Under the pieces are notes generated by a model. It was not told the origin of the DNA and ran no database searches. It saw nothing but the letters and a program-made list of their open reading frames with translations. This document shows positions 30,851-44,780 of a DNA stretch of 64,000 nt, piece by piece (position 1 is the stretch's first letter; every line of letters starts with the position of its first letter). This stretch comes from the human T2T-CHM13v2.0 reference genome, Homo sapiens. The position numbers were made by a program, and so were the translations under genes. Location: NCBI RefSeq assembly GCF_009914755.1, contig NC_060931.1, one strand, 5' to 3'.

Positions 30851-31588
30851 GTTTTATTGATTAGTTATTTATTTTGGTTGTATTTACTGATCAAATTTTC
30901 CAAGATTTCATAAATATATTATGATATATTTTGACAGAAAACTTTTGTGATGGCTAAGAAAGGTTTATTCCATTTATGTGCTCCCATTTTTGCTCTCAAA
31001 TGATGTTGCCCACTGACTTTAAAATTAATTTCAAAAAGTTCAATGTGGCCGTAATAGTGCTATTATAATCTCAGTATATCAGTGATTTTTAAAAACGGAT
31101 TTCTACTTGTTTTATACAATTGGTCTTCAAATCCTGCTATTATACCTTGAAAATGTCTCTCAAAGTCATCTTTTTTTTTCCATCCTGTGTTAAGCATTTG
31201 AAATATAAAATATATAAGCCTCCTCCAAAAATATATAAGCTCCAGTTATTCAATGGTTATGTTTTTGTTATCTTCTTTTGTTGTTATTGTTAGCTTATTT
31301 TAGTTATTTCCCCATTTTCCATCCCCTAATATCTTTTACTCAGAAAATTTTCTTATAACCCCTACAGGCAGAATTAATTTTTCCTGTTTCTGTGATTACA
31401 CAATGTATTTAAGGTGTTTAGCACAATATTCGTTATAGAGAATAGTCTCAAAACATGGCACCTGTCACCATCTCTAGTTATCTATTCAAATCATCAGTAT
31501 TTGCCCATATCATACTCTATATCTTTGGTATGTTTTCTTGCCATCAATTCCCTCAGAACCACCCAACCCCCCCCATGAACTTAGATTA

Positions 31589-31679
31589 TTTTTTTTTATT
31601 ATACTTTAAGTTCTAGGGTACATGTGCACAACATGCAGGTTTGTTACATAGGTATACATGTACCATGTTGATTTGCTGC
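31589..31679 (-). mobile_element. L1PA extreme 3' end (about 90 bp)
   Basis: TTATTATACTTTAAGTTCTAGGGTACATGTGCACAACATGCAGGTTTGTTACATAGG. Confidence 0.93.
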
Positions 31680-31975
31680 TTTTTTTTTTTTTTTTGAGAC
31701 GGATTCTTGCTGTGTCTCCAGGCTGGAGTGCAATGCCACAATCTTGGCTGACTGCAACCCTGCTGTCCTAGGTTCAAGCAATTCTCCTGCCTTAGCCTCC
31801 AAAATAGCTGGGACTACAGGTGTGTGCCACCACGCCCAGCTAATTGTTTGTATTTTTAGTAGAGACAGGATTTCACCATGTTGGCCAGGATGGTCTCGAG
31901 CTCCTGACCTCATGATCCGCCCGCCCCGGCCTCCCAAAGTGCTGGGATTACAGGTGTGAGCCACCGCACTCGGCC
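31680..31975 (-). mobile_element. AluS, directly abutting the L1PA fragment
   Basis: Full antisense Alu with T16 tail. Confidence 0.96.
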
Positions 31976-32801
31976 AGATTGTAAATTTTTTGACAACAAT
32001 GACTATTCTCCTCATCTTTCTATGTTCAAGGCCTGCATAGTTTAGAAACAAGGAAACAGTACAGTTGCAACCATACAATTGAAAAAAAAAAATTGTCCAT
32101 GGCTATAAATTAATTAATCTGTCCTGATTTTATGTCTGTCAAATTATAGGTAGTACTAACCCAGTAAGAGCTTTATTGATAAATAAATGAGAAATTACAG
32201 TTTTATCAAGTGTGAGGTAATCCCTTTTTTTGGGGCTTGCTTATTTCTATTAAGCTTCCAAGTATTTTTTAAAAGACAATTTGTATTCCTGGCTTTATTT
32301 TACAGTTTGGTTTTATCTATTCTATTTGCATACTGAGAGGAAGCTGGTATATAGCAGTCTAAGCTAAATGAAAAATAAGTGCGCAATTCTAATATTCAAA
32401 AACAGGATAGAAGATGTCCATTTTTATTTTTTTATTCTAAATAGGAATAATATGCACTATAATGTTTATATTTCTTCCAAGTATCTTGTACCACATGCTT
32501 ATGATTGACATTGGGCCTCTATACCTATTCCTTTTCGTTAAGAGACTACTTTTGTATTAACATTTTACCATTAGATTTTATTGAAACACTATTCAAAGTC
32601 CTCAAAATTTCAATTTTATACCTTTTTATTTTTCTGTAAGATGAAGCAATGTCTTTAGAATGTTATTTTAAGCTCATCTTTGGGCTTCCACTGTTTCCTC
32701 TACTTGCCCTTATTTTAAACTGGAAAATCCATGAATGTAATGACCACATCTTAGGCTCTTTCATATTTCAAATGCCTAAGCCAGCATCAAATAAATGTAT
32801 T

Positions 32802-32803
<2 letters not shown>

Positions 32804-32848
<45 letters not shown>

Positions 32849-33136
32849 TTATTTTGAGGCGGAGTTTCACTCTTGTTGCCCAGGCTGGAGTGCAGTGGCA
32901 CAATTTGGCTCACCGCAACCTCTGCCTCCCGGGTTCAAGGGATTCTCCTGCCTTGGCCTTCCGAGTAGCTTGGATTACAGGCATGCGCCACCACACCCAG
33001 CTAATTTTGTATTTTTAGTACAGACGGGGTTTCTCCACGTTGGTCAGGCTGATCTCAAACTGCCAACCTCAGGTGGTCCGCCCGCCTCAGCCTCCCAAAG
33101 TGTTGGGATTACAGGCGTGAGCCACTGTGCTCAGCC
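32804..33136 (-). mobile_element. AluSp/Sq with (TTTA)n tail
   Basis: CTCTTGTTGCCCAGG and TTGGTCAGGCT diagnostics; 15-bp target duplication AAATAAATGTATTTT. Confidence 0.96.
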
Positions 33137-35854
33137 AAATAAATGTATTTTTTAAAAAATATCCCATGGTTTGTTTATCATATAATGTAAAATCAAGAAT
33201 CCAAATATTTTTCAAAGGGTAGAGAATTTCTGTGAGTAATTTTTTCCTCAGCATCTTAATATCCAAACTCTACTTGCTCACAAGATTACTTAATCAGCAT
33301 CATATCAGAGACAGCTTGCTGTGTTTACCATTGTTAGTTGGGCCAGCATATGTCCAAAACAGTTGGAATGAGAAAAACAGCCTTGACTTGAAGCCAAATT
33401 AGAGAGGGAGGAGGAGAAGAGTTCTTTAGCTGTTGAACAGGACTACATATTTTGGACAGTGTAGGGTACTTCTGTAGAAAAAAAGAAAAAAAAGGGTGGG
33501 GAATTCTTTCAGCCAAAAAACAAAGGTGCATTTTGAAATATCTAAATGCACTGAAATAATAAAAGCAAATTGGTGATGTTGTTTTAATTTTATTTATATA
33601 AGCCTTTGCAAGTAATGAAATCTTTTTATGTTAACCAAAAAAAGAAAGAAAGAAAGAAAAGTATTCTAAGATATTTATAATGTGGATAATTTTTTTTTTT
33701 TTCAGTTTTACCCTGGCAACTTTAATTGGCTTAGTGGTTTCTAATTCTGGGCAATTTTCTGTTTCTTTATTAAGCAATGTGGGAGCTGTTGAATAACCAT
33801 CACATTTCATAGGATCAGAATAATATTTCTGATTTTTCTCAAACTGGGTATTATATTACTGTATAGTAAAAACTTTTTAAGTGAGGAAAATGTCTATTCT
33901 TGTTTTGCTAAGTAACATTACAAAAAGTAGATATTTTTGTGCATTCCACCCCCTTAAGAAGCAACTATTGTAGAAAGTGGTGTTTTCATTGAGAGAGAAA
34001 ATGGAAAGTAATATTTTGCTATTTATTATGGAAAGTTAGAGGAGAGGTTTCCAAATACCACAATCAAGGAATAAAACAATTTTGACCACAACTGAATTTT
34101 ATATATCAGGCAAAGCCTGTCCTAGGGTAGTTTTTAATTAGATAAAGCTTTCTTCAGAGTTCCTGCTTTCAATTCTCTATCATTTCTTATCTGGTAGGGA
34201 TCCCGCTTGCTTCCTAGTACCTCTCCCTTTCTTTACATCAGAATCTATTATGTATGGTGGTTATTGATTTACCCAAAGAAGTCAATGAAGGCCAACAGCA
34301 GTTGCCTTTTGCATGAGATATACTTTCTGATAAAGACTAAAAAAGTAAATCACACACACATACACACAATTTTTAGGTGGGGAGGGAATAGCTTTGGCAG
34401 TAGAGGAAGCCTTGGGAATCACTGTTTTACCTCCCTGGTTTTATTTGTTTTATACATGAGAAACCCAGGATCCATAGACGTGGACTAATCAAGACTAGAA
34501 CTGGAGACGCAGTGTTCTTTCTGCCAAATTCTGTTTCTTTACATTGACAAGGTATTGGGCATTAGCAAGCAATTGAGAGTAGACTGATAGAGATGTTAAT
34601 TTATTCATTACTTGTTCTTTAAAACAACTGTATCCCATGCTTGTGAGAATCAAGCAAGATGACAAAGGTTTGTTACCAACGAGTTTGGTAAAGCATTTTC
34701 AGAGGAGTGTAGTGGATGTAGTAGGTTTGTACTCTAGGACCTGGAGGTGAGAGAAGACAGAGGAAGGATGTACCATACCGTATGTTCAGAATCAAACCTT
34801 CCCTCAGGTCCTGAGGTTATCAGGTCAAGTGTGTCGCAAGGCCTAGCTTCCTCTTTGCTAAAGATGAGTTTTTCTTAGGTGGTGCCTTAGTCATTCATGC
34901 AAATAGACATCTGCAGTGCCAGCCCCACCTGCTCTCCAGACATGCCCAGTAGTTTTTGAACCTTGGCTTTGAGTATGTCCTGCAGCATGCCAAATTTATC
35001 TCGAGGGGAATAAGCCCAAGTGAACCGCCTACGTAAATCTAACCAAGACAGGCCTGATGTGGCGGGTTGAATTTCTATGTTGAACTAAGGAATCGCATGG
35101 GGTTCTATGGCTATACTTCTCCCCCCTAACTGGGCAAGGCGAGGAAACCTGAATAACAACCCCTATACAAGAGCATTTACCTTAGCATAGAGACAAATTG
35201 CACTGTTTGTTGTTCTCTCATTTCTTTTGTTTAACCATGATAATACTTACCTTTTTAGCTTCAAGATTTATAAATTCCAAGCAATTCATTTAAAGCATTT
35301 TTTTAAAAGCTTGAACTTAAAATTTTGTATAATGTGTTCTCTAGCTACTGAATATTCTACTGGTCTAATCTAAGTTATATTATAAATTTTGTGGAAAATA
35401 AGCAGAAGCCATTTGATTCAGAATGCCTTTGCTAAGCTCTATGATTAGCAATGTATTTCCTATGATTTTGGGTTATATAAATTTAAATTTGCATTAATAT
35501 CTGGAACAACATTTGGGTAAATATTTTTCCCATAGTTTTTAAACAATACCTAACTACCAGAACTATCTTGCATGAAGCACAAAATTTCTGTAGTGGTTTG
35601 ACTACAGATCTATTACTAGGGTGATAGCCAAACTTGTAGTATTATTATTGCAGCTTTGAGGTGTATAAGATGTTTCTTTAAAACCTCAAGGTTTTAAAAC
35701 ATTCAGAATAAACTATATCAACCCACACATTAACAAACATTTAAATGTCAAATAAGCAGAATATCCTTTAATTTCTAACCATCCCTTTGCAAAACCCATT
35801 CCAATGTTGGTTTCTATAAAATATACTGGGGCCTTGTTAGTTTATACATACAGG

Positions 35855-35855
<1 letters not shown>

Positions 35856-35894
<39 letters not shown>

Positions 35895-35897
35895 GTA
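35856..35897. repeat. (TA)n microsatellite
   Basis: Direct reading. Confidence 0.93.
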
Positions 35898-36606
35898 AGC
35901 TTAGAATTATGTAGCAACTGCTGCACAGATTGGAACAGTCTATGTATGTCTTTCGCTATAATTTATTAAAAGAAATTTCAATTCAATAAGTATTTGTTCT
36001 ATTTGTAGCTTATTGAAGGGTATACAATCTCTGTCTCATGGAAAAAGAGATAATTTAGGAGAACACTCCTGAATCTTTTACTATGGAATATTATACAGGA
36101 TCTTTCATTAGGACCATTCTAAATTAATATTTACCATATTATTAAATATGCAAGATAAAAAACACTGAAAAATAATATTGTATATGTGACAATGGCAAAG
36201 CTAACTGTAACCTGTCTAGTGCTCATTATTCTCGTCTGTGAAATGGGGATAATAGTAAAGCTGTGTATTCAAAGAGAAAGTCCATCCAAAAGTCATAGCT
36301 AGCGCTCAGCATATGTTGCTCATTTTAAAGTGCCATCATTCTTATTTATATTTTTGTTTTCCAGTTGACTGCGTATTGTGAAGAGCAAGCAACAAAGTCT
36401 AAAATTAGTATATCAATCTAGTGAAAATACTTAGAACTTGTTTTATATGGTGTTCTCCTGTCATGTTCTATTTCCTAATTATGTTTTATTTTAGATGAAA
36501 TACACTATGATAATTTTTAACCTAATTCATTCAACCATTATAGCAGAGAGGTAGCTTGGAAATTTGTTTGTCACAGGGACATCCCACCATGTGAGAATAA
36601 AAATTG

Positions 36607-36922
<316 letters not shown>

Positions 36923-36942
36923 TTTGGCTATAGATTGATTCT

Positions 36943-37268
36943 CAGGAGTTCGCAAACTTTCTGTTAGGGGCAGATAATAAATATTTGAGATTTTGCAGCC
37001 TGTACTATCTCTGTGGCATTCAATTCTGACTTTTTAGTGCAAAAGCAGCTATACACAGTAAGTCAATGAATGAGAGTGGCTGTGTTCCAATTAATTTTAT
37101 TTGTAAACACTGAAATTTGAATTTCATATATTTTTATGTCACAAAATATTTTCCTTTAAAAAATTGTTTTCCCAACCATTAAAAATGTAACAATCATTCT
37201 TAGGTTGCAGGCCATAAAAAATTAGGCAGGCTGGATTTGACCCATGAGCCACAGTTTCCTAACTCCTG
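36943..37268 (+). mobile_element. MER58B-like hAT element
   Basis: Terminal inverted repeats CAGGAGTT...AACTCCTG; GGCTGTGTTCCAAT core. Confidence 0.85.
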
Positions 37269-38419
37269 TTCTGCATAGTTACCTTCATTATAAATATTTT
37301 CAATAATTTCTTATACTTTTGATTGTACAAAGAGGTATGGCTTCAAATTACAGACTGATATCTCAGAGCTGTGCTTAAAGTATTGAGAAGCATTCTGTAA
37401 TGCTGATGGTTTTCTCAATATTGGCTAATTCTATAAACAGATACTATGAGTTCTGCCAGAAATAGAAATTCTAATGACAGTCTAATTAAATAGAAGCCAT
37501 GGAGAAGAATTATTACATTTTCTTATGCCAAATTATAAATGTCTTCAATTAATGCACAGATATTTATTTATTTATGTATATGTAAAAAGTGGATTTTCTG
37601 ACAGCCTCAGGCTCCTCTTTGTGGTAGAACCTTCTGTTTCTCTAATTAGTTGTGCCTTAATGGCCAGTAATTGTCTTTTATAATGCACAGGGAACCTAAA
37701 AAAAAACTGAAGGAAAAAAAATAGACCATCACAGTCTATCTTTTCAAATCTTTTCTCATGCTGTCAAAAAACAGCTGCCTCTTACTTTTTGTTACTACTT
37801 TCTTCAATTAAAAAGTAATCTCAAAATTTATGAATAATACACCCAAACCTCATTAACACTGTTTACAGTTAATTATGATTTAGTATCTCTCTCTGTCTGA
37901 TATAACCCAATGGGATTTAGTTAATCAAGTACCGAAGATGACTTCATTACCAGGCAGTCTTTACCTGTGAATCAGTAGATTCACAGATTGGAGAGTACAG
38001 CCATAGTGAATTTAAGAAAAACAAAAACAAAAACAAAAAAAAATGCTAATTGCCTAGACTCAATAGAATTTTGTATAGCTAAAAGAAAAGGGTGAAATAT
38101 TAAATTTGGAATTCTTAAGTACAGAATTGTTCCTTAAAAAGAGTGCTGAAATACACACTTTAAGAAAGATGCTTTAGACTTACCTGAAAATACACAAGTG
38201 TGTCAAAATATGAAGAAATATATTCAATTACACATATCTCTGTGGAATATATTGACAATTATGAACAAATGTTTTTCTTCACCTTTAAAAACAAAAATAT
38301 GTAATATTATTTTAACAAAAACTTTTCAGTCTCATCTGTATCAAGGCATACTCCAGAATGAAATGTGTAGAAATAAAATGAAATGCCTATTTTGTAGAAG
38401 TCAAATAGAATCAGAATGG

Positions 38420-38680
38420 AGTGGTTGAGATCATGGACTCTGGAGCTGGACGGTGTGTGTTCTAATTCCTGTTGTACCTGTTAGTGGGTGTGTGACCTTG
38501 GCCAAGCTCCTCTGTGGCCTCCATTTTCCTCATTTGTAAGTAAGAATCCCAAGCACGTCTACTCCATAGGTTACTAGATATTGCAACCTCATAATGTTGT
38601 AAAGAACAAATGAATGAATATTTACTTTATAAAGCATTCAGAACGATGTTTGTTATACAGTAAGTGCTGTAATTAGTGTT
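38420..38680 (+). mobile_element. MIR
   Basis: TGTGTGACCTTGGCCAAG...TTTCCTCATTTGTAA core. Confidence 0.75.
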
Positions 38681-40027
38681 GGTTCCATAATTTAAATTAG
38701 AATAAGAGAAACTCGGGAGACTGGCCAAAATTATGCTGTTACTCTTTGTGCTTACCCATGTTTGTAAAGCCAAACTTGGAATCAGTACATTTAGGGAAGT
38801 CACATTTTATTAGAATGCTTAGGACCTCAAAACTCACCTATTTTAAAACTCACATATCCAAAGTGCTTCCTGACAAAGGATACTGGATATTTCTCTTTAG
38901 GAGCAAAAGTGGTGCCACCATGTGGCAATAACATAAATATAGCTGCCAATCCATTTAGCTTGGCAAGGCTTATATGAGCACATTACATGAATTTTTAAAA
39001 TGTTTTAACGTTCAATTTTTTTCTAAATTGTATGTACAAAGTATAACTTTATTATTTTTAATTCAGCATTTTAAAATTCCCATAATTTCAGTTCTCATAA
39101 AACAAGAGTGGCATTTTCTTTGAAAAAACAGTAATGTAATTTGCCTGTGATTTGAATTTGGCAAAATAAACAAATAATGCCCTTATAACACTGATTTTCA
39201 AACTGAGTTCCATGGAGCCTGCATTCCCTGGGGGAAAGGAATAGCGGAGGAAGTGAGTGGATAGAACCTTGGTTCCTCCTCTCCGTCTTTTCTAAAACAT
39301 TTCCACTTTTGCTGGTTTTATATGTTGGAACTGTTCGTAAGATTTTATTTGAAGAAAATAAGAAAATATCCAGCCGTTTAAAGAAATGTTTTTCTTTTCT
39401 AAAAGCCAGTGCAGTCCTATATTAGGAGTTTCAGTGGGGCTTTAAAACTTTATTTTATTTTTTATTTTTTATTTTTTTTTTTGGTAATAAAGATTTACTC
39501 AGAACTAGAAAACAGCTAAATTCTGGAGAAGAGGTAAGATGCATTGGTTGAAACCCTATTCCTGTTATGCAGGACTGAAAAGATTAGAGCAGAGAAAAGG
39601 CAAAGACATGGTCTGAATCGCAGAAGAAAAGAAGGAAGGTATATCACACATGGCATTTCAGCTTTGTTTCTCCTACTTTTCCCGCATATTTTCATGTATG
39701 TTGTTGTCTTAAACATATTAAGCATTGAGGCTTTCAGAAAATATTCAACTGTTTTGTGCTGGCTAAAGGTAATTGTTTCCTGGTGGCAGGAGGCATGAAC
39801 CAATGAAACTTTTTTTTTTTTTTCTGTCAAAATAGCACATAATGATGTACTTTTTGTAAGCAAGAATTCCTGATAGAAGAGTGGGAACACATTTTTGAAA
39901 AAGTTTATTTGCTGAGTAATATGTTTAGAAAGAATGTTGTTAGAGAAGGATATTTGCTAAGAAAAATCATTTATTCAACTAATATTTATTAAACTTACAG
40001 TATAAGCTACATAATATACTAGGTTCC

Positions 40028-40285
40028 GGAGTTATAAGGGAATCCCTTGCCTCAAATATTAGGGTTTCATAATGAGAGGGAAGTTTTGTTAGTCATTTGA
40101 AATAGCTATTTGAAATAGTCAAATTTGAAATTTGACTATTTTGTCATATTCATAAATATGTCATATTCACAAATATGACTATTTGTCATATTCAAATATG
40201 ACAAATAGCTATTTCAAATGACTAACAAAACTTCCCTCTCATTATGAAACCCTATATTTGAGGCAGAGGATTTCCTTATAACTCC
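40028..40285. repeat. Long inverted repeat (arms about 85 bp) with a spacer made of nested hairpins
   Basis: 40028-40112 is the reverse complement of 40202-40285 with 3 substitutions and 1 indel; the inner 53 bp are perfect. Confidence 0.97.
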
Positions 40286-41258
40286 AAGTATTTGTCTGTG
40301 ACCTAGAAGAATATATAAGTTGTAGAAAAAAATACGGGAAAGGGGACGGTTTGCACCATCTTCCTCGTAGTTCCTTTAGAAGTGAATTTACTTTAGATCC
40401 CAGAGGAAGAGTATTAGATCTGGCCACAGAAGTAACTCTTTTATATTATTACCTATATTTTCTATTTTAAAACATTAAAATTTTGAATCTTCTCAAGATT
40501 TCATTTTTAGGTACATTTATATCAAATTGAATTTTAATCTCAAATTACAAAATAATATGGATTACAAACTAATATATAGGTTCTTAGCTTCTATTACCTT
40601 GGAGTCCCATAAATTGGCTTGATTTTGTTTCCGTAGTGCAAGGAGCTGAATAAAGCTTTTACTCAGTTCTTAAATAGTAAAGAACTAGCAAACATTGCGA
40701 TACTTTAGAACTAAGTGGCCATTACAGATTAGTTAGCAGTTCATGTTTGTGTTATGGTTTGTTATGACTGCTTAATTCAAAAGCATATTTGCAGACAGGG
40801 AGTTTGGATTAAGTAAATCAAAATAGTAAAGGCTTTGATTAAGAAGTTAGCTTGCTTTAACTTAAATGTTGATATTTCAAGGCCTACTGATATTTTAGTC
40901 ATTTGCGGTTATTTTTGTTTCCTGTTCAGACCCCTGGGAAATAAGAGAATAGTAAATCAAAGCCCAGGTTGCTTTTTGCATTTTTTTCCTTTTCATTTAT
41001 GCCATGTAGTAGTTGACTTTAAGAAACTAAAGACATGGATAACTTGAACAGAATCACTGTGAGGGAGAATTGTATTTCTGGATTAATCAATTTAAATAAT
41101 TCTTGTTATAAAATGATTCTTTTCATGTTTGATAATTTAGTAATTCTTTTTATTCCACGATAATGTTATCGTAACTAGTGGAAAAGCAGCTAAAAATATC
41201 TGCATTACTAAAGTCCAATTTGGGCAGTATTGTTATCAAACTGAGGCTATGTTGTTTG

Positions 41259-42929
41259 TGTCTAGGGATCGCTAGGGCGTTGCTTCATCAGCCAGAAACC
41301 TCTGTGACAGGTGGTGCCTTCTGCCTGAGTATTGCTAGTGCCCGTTTCTTTCCACCCACTCGGCTCAACAGGCTGCACTCGGCTCGTGCTGCCAGCCCAG
41401 AACCCACACCTGCCAAGTACGAGCAAGGCGTGGAGCGGTGAGGGGTGTGTGTGTGATTGAGTGCAGGGTCTAGCCACTGCACACAGCTGGGCACACTGGC
41501 TGCTGTGGTGGGGCAGGCAGCTCCAGGCAACAACACAGGTGCCAGCTCCATGTGAGGAGGCTGAGGCTGGAGCACATGTACTGCACGCGGCTTCTGCTAT
41601 GGGCATCCGTGTCTGGATGAGGGGAACATGGTGGCACCCAGAAGCTTGGAGATGCCTGGAACCACTGAACCCCAAAGAGAGTGTCACAGCCCCCTGGCTC
41701 AGGGAGCCCCTGGGCCTGGGCTCCCCAAAGGGCCACAGCTCTTCTCCCCTTCTCATCGCCCACAACATGGCAAGCGGGAGGGTGTGTTTCAGCCCTGTTC
41801 GTGTTAACAGCTCTTTTAGTCCCACCATTTGATGTGTCCCGAGTTCTTGTTTCATACCCAGGAAGAATGAGGTATGCGGACAGCTGGAGGCTGAGCAAAG
41901 CGAAGAGGAGCTTCACTGATTGGCAGAACAGTTCTCAAGAGACCCAAAGTGGGCAGCTCCTTTCTGCAAGCAGGTCATCCTGACGAGTGTCCAGCTCTCA
42001 GTGGAGAGGAGACCCACAGTGGTTAGCTCCTTTCTCCAGGCAGGTCATCCCAACACGTGTCCAGCTTTCAGTGGAGAGGAGACCCACAGTGGGTAGCTCC
42101 TTCCCCCAGTCAGTAGTCCAGACATCTGTGCAGCCCTCAGTGGAGAGGTGACCTAGAACGGGTAGCTTCTATCGGCAAGCAGGTCGTCCCATCCTCTGCC
42201 TCAGTCTGGCTGAGTCCAGGGTCGTTATGCGCTTCAGAGGAGGGGAAGTATGTGCTAATTGGTCCATGGACGGCCATGGGTGGGCCTGGATAAAGCACCA
42301 TAAGTTCTCACTCTGGTCCACGGAACTGACAGCCTGGCCCCCAGGATTTTGGCTGTCCCTGGCTTGAAGGTGGGGCTTCACCAGGTACCCTCCCCTTTCT
42401 GCCCAGGAGCTTGTCTGCCTCCTGCCGCCATCAGTCATGTTGTTCACGGTTCCCAGGCTGTTGCCGAAGGGCGCCTGCAGGCCCCTGTTGAGCTGCCCTC
42501 AATCTCCCACTCATGCTCTTTGGTGCCCAAGTCCAAAGGAGGCCAAGACGACAGGGGGCTGGCGTGTCAGTGCTGCCCTGAGCATGCACATACCCAGCCG
42601 GGTTGCGACAGTGCCTGGGCTTGGCCTGAACTTTGCTTCAAAATCAGAGCGAGTGCTGGGAGCATGGAGAGGCCAGGCAGCGACAGCAGGCACTTCCAAG
42701 CCTGTGGGGAGCAGAGGACCTACCAGGTCCCCGACTGTGCGCAGGGATGCCTGGGTCCATAGCTGCAGCTGCACCCCGGAGGGTGGGGCTTCTGCCCCTC
42801 AACTCGAAAGCGGGTGAGGCTCCCGCCTGTTCCCAGCTCCTGCGGGCTCCATGGAGTGGGCAGCCCCCGCCCCCACTGCAGCTGGTGTCATGGCAGCAGC
42901 CCTTCTGGACAGGCCAGCCACTGCCATCA
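41259..42929 (-). mobile_element. MER52-family (ERV1) solo LTR, about 1.67 kb
   Basis: Minus strand starts TGATGGCAGTGGCTGG and ends GATCCCTAGACA (TG...CA); GC-rich; internal ~69-bp tandem units. Confidence 0.85.
41938..42195. repeat. About 4 diverged tandem copies of a ~69-bp unit inside the LTR
   Basis: Recurring GAGACCCACAGTGGGTAGCTCCTT...CAGGTCATCC...CAGCTCTCAGTGGAGAG. Confidence 0.85.
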
Positions 42930-43674
42930 CATGTTTTCCCATTTTCTATTTTTGGTGATAGCAAATTCAAACTTCTTAATTTACTTTTCCTGAAAAAAGT
43001 TGCCTTTCAAGACTACACATTTTAATGAAGAGCCTTCAGTAATAAGCATTTCAGCATGTCTCAAAAAAGATTCAACTGTTGGTTATTTTAGCTAAAATGT
43101 CAAGGAATTTTGATTAACTTTAAAAGGATTTACCTTTTATATTTACATTTATTAATTTAATTTTTATCTTTAAAATGGAAGATTTGAAAAAAAATCTTAG
43201 CTTAGCTTGCAGCTTACCAGTTCTGGTGTAATTTTCAGTAATATAACATGGAGTATTCAATCATGAATTAGCCATTATTATTTAAATAATTCACGGTGTG
43301 ACCTATACTGGGTTATCCCTACTGAAGCAAACAGCATGAATGGGTAAGTTTTATTTTCCTCAGTGTTCACTTACTCCATGTTGTCACGTGTCAGCACATT
43401 GAATTTTAAGAGATACAGTGGAGTCTAGGAAATGCAAAATGACACCTTGGGTGGAAAAACTTTTCAGATTGTTTTCAAATACTTACGCAGTGTTGCCAGA
43501 AATGTGTTAACTTAGAAATTTAACTAGTAAAACAGCATATATTTGTAATTCAAACAGTCAAAAAGCCCAGTAAGTAATTGCTTTAGGATTTTAATCGGGT
43601 ATGTGTGTATGTGAACATATACATGCAGATGTGCACATGTGTTACTAATTTTATTCCCATAATCTTGTGACTAT

Positions 43675-44780
<1,106 letters not shown>

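Noticed and set aside
31644-33155. ORFs of 144 and 168 aa, and similar ORFs near 15093, 16881, 22133, 36531 and 52054
   Set aside because: Typical translations of Alu sequence.
41938-42195. Repeat array superficially like CRISPR
   Set aside because: Eukaryotic context, whole units are homologous with no unique spacers, and it is internal to an LTR.
41178-43025. Cluster of long overlapping ORFs (up to 197 aa)
   Set aside because: They lie in the GC-rich MER52 LTR, where stops are rare; no recognisable protein.
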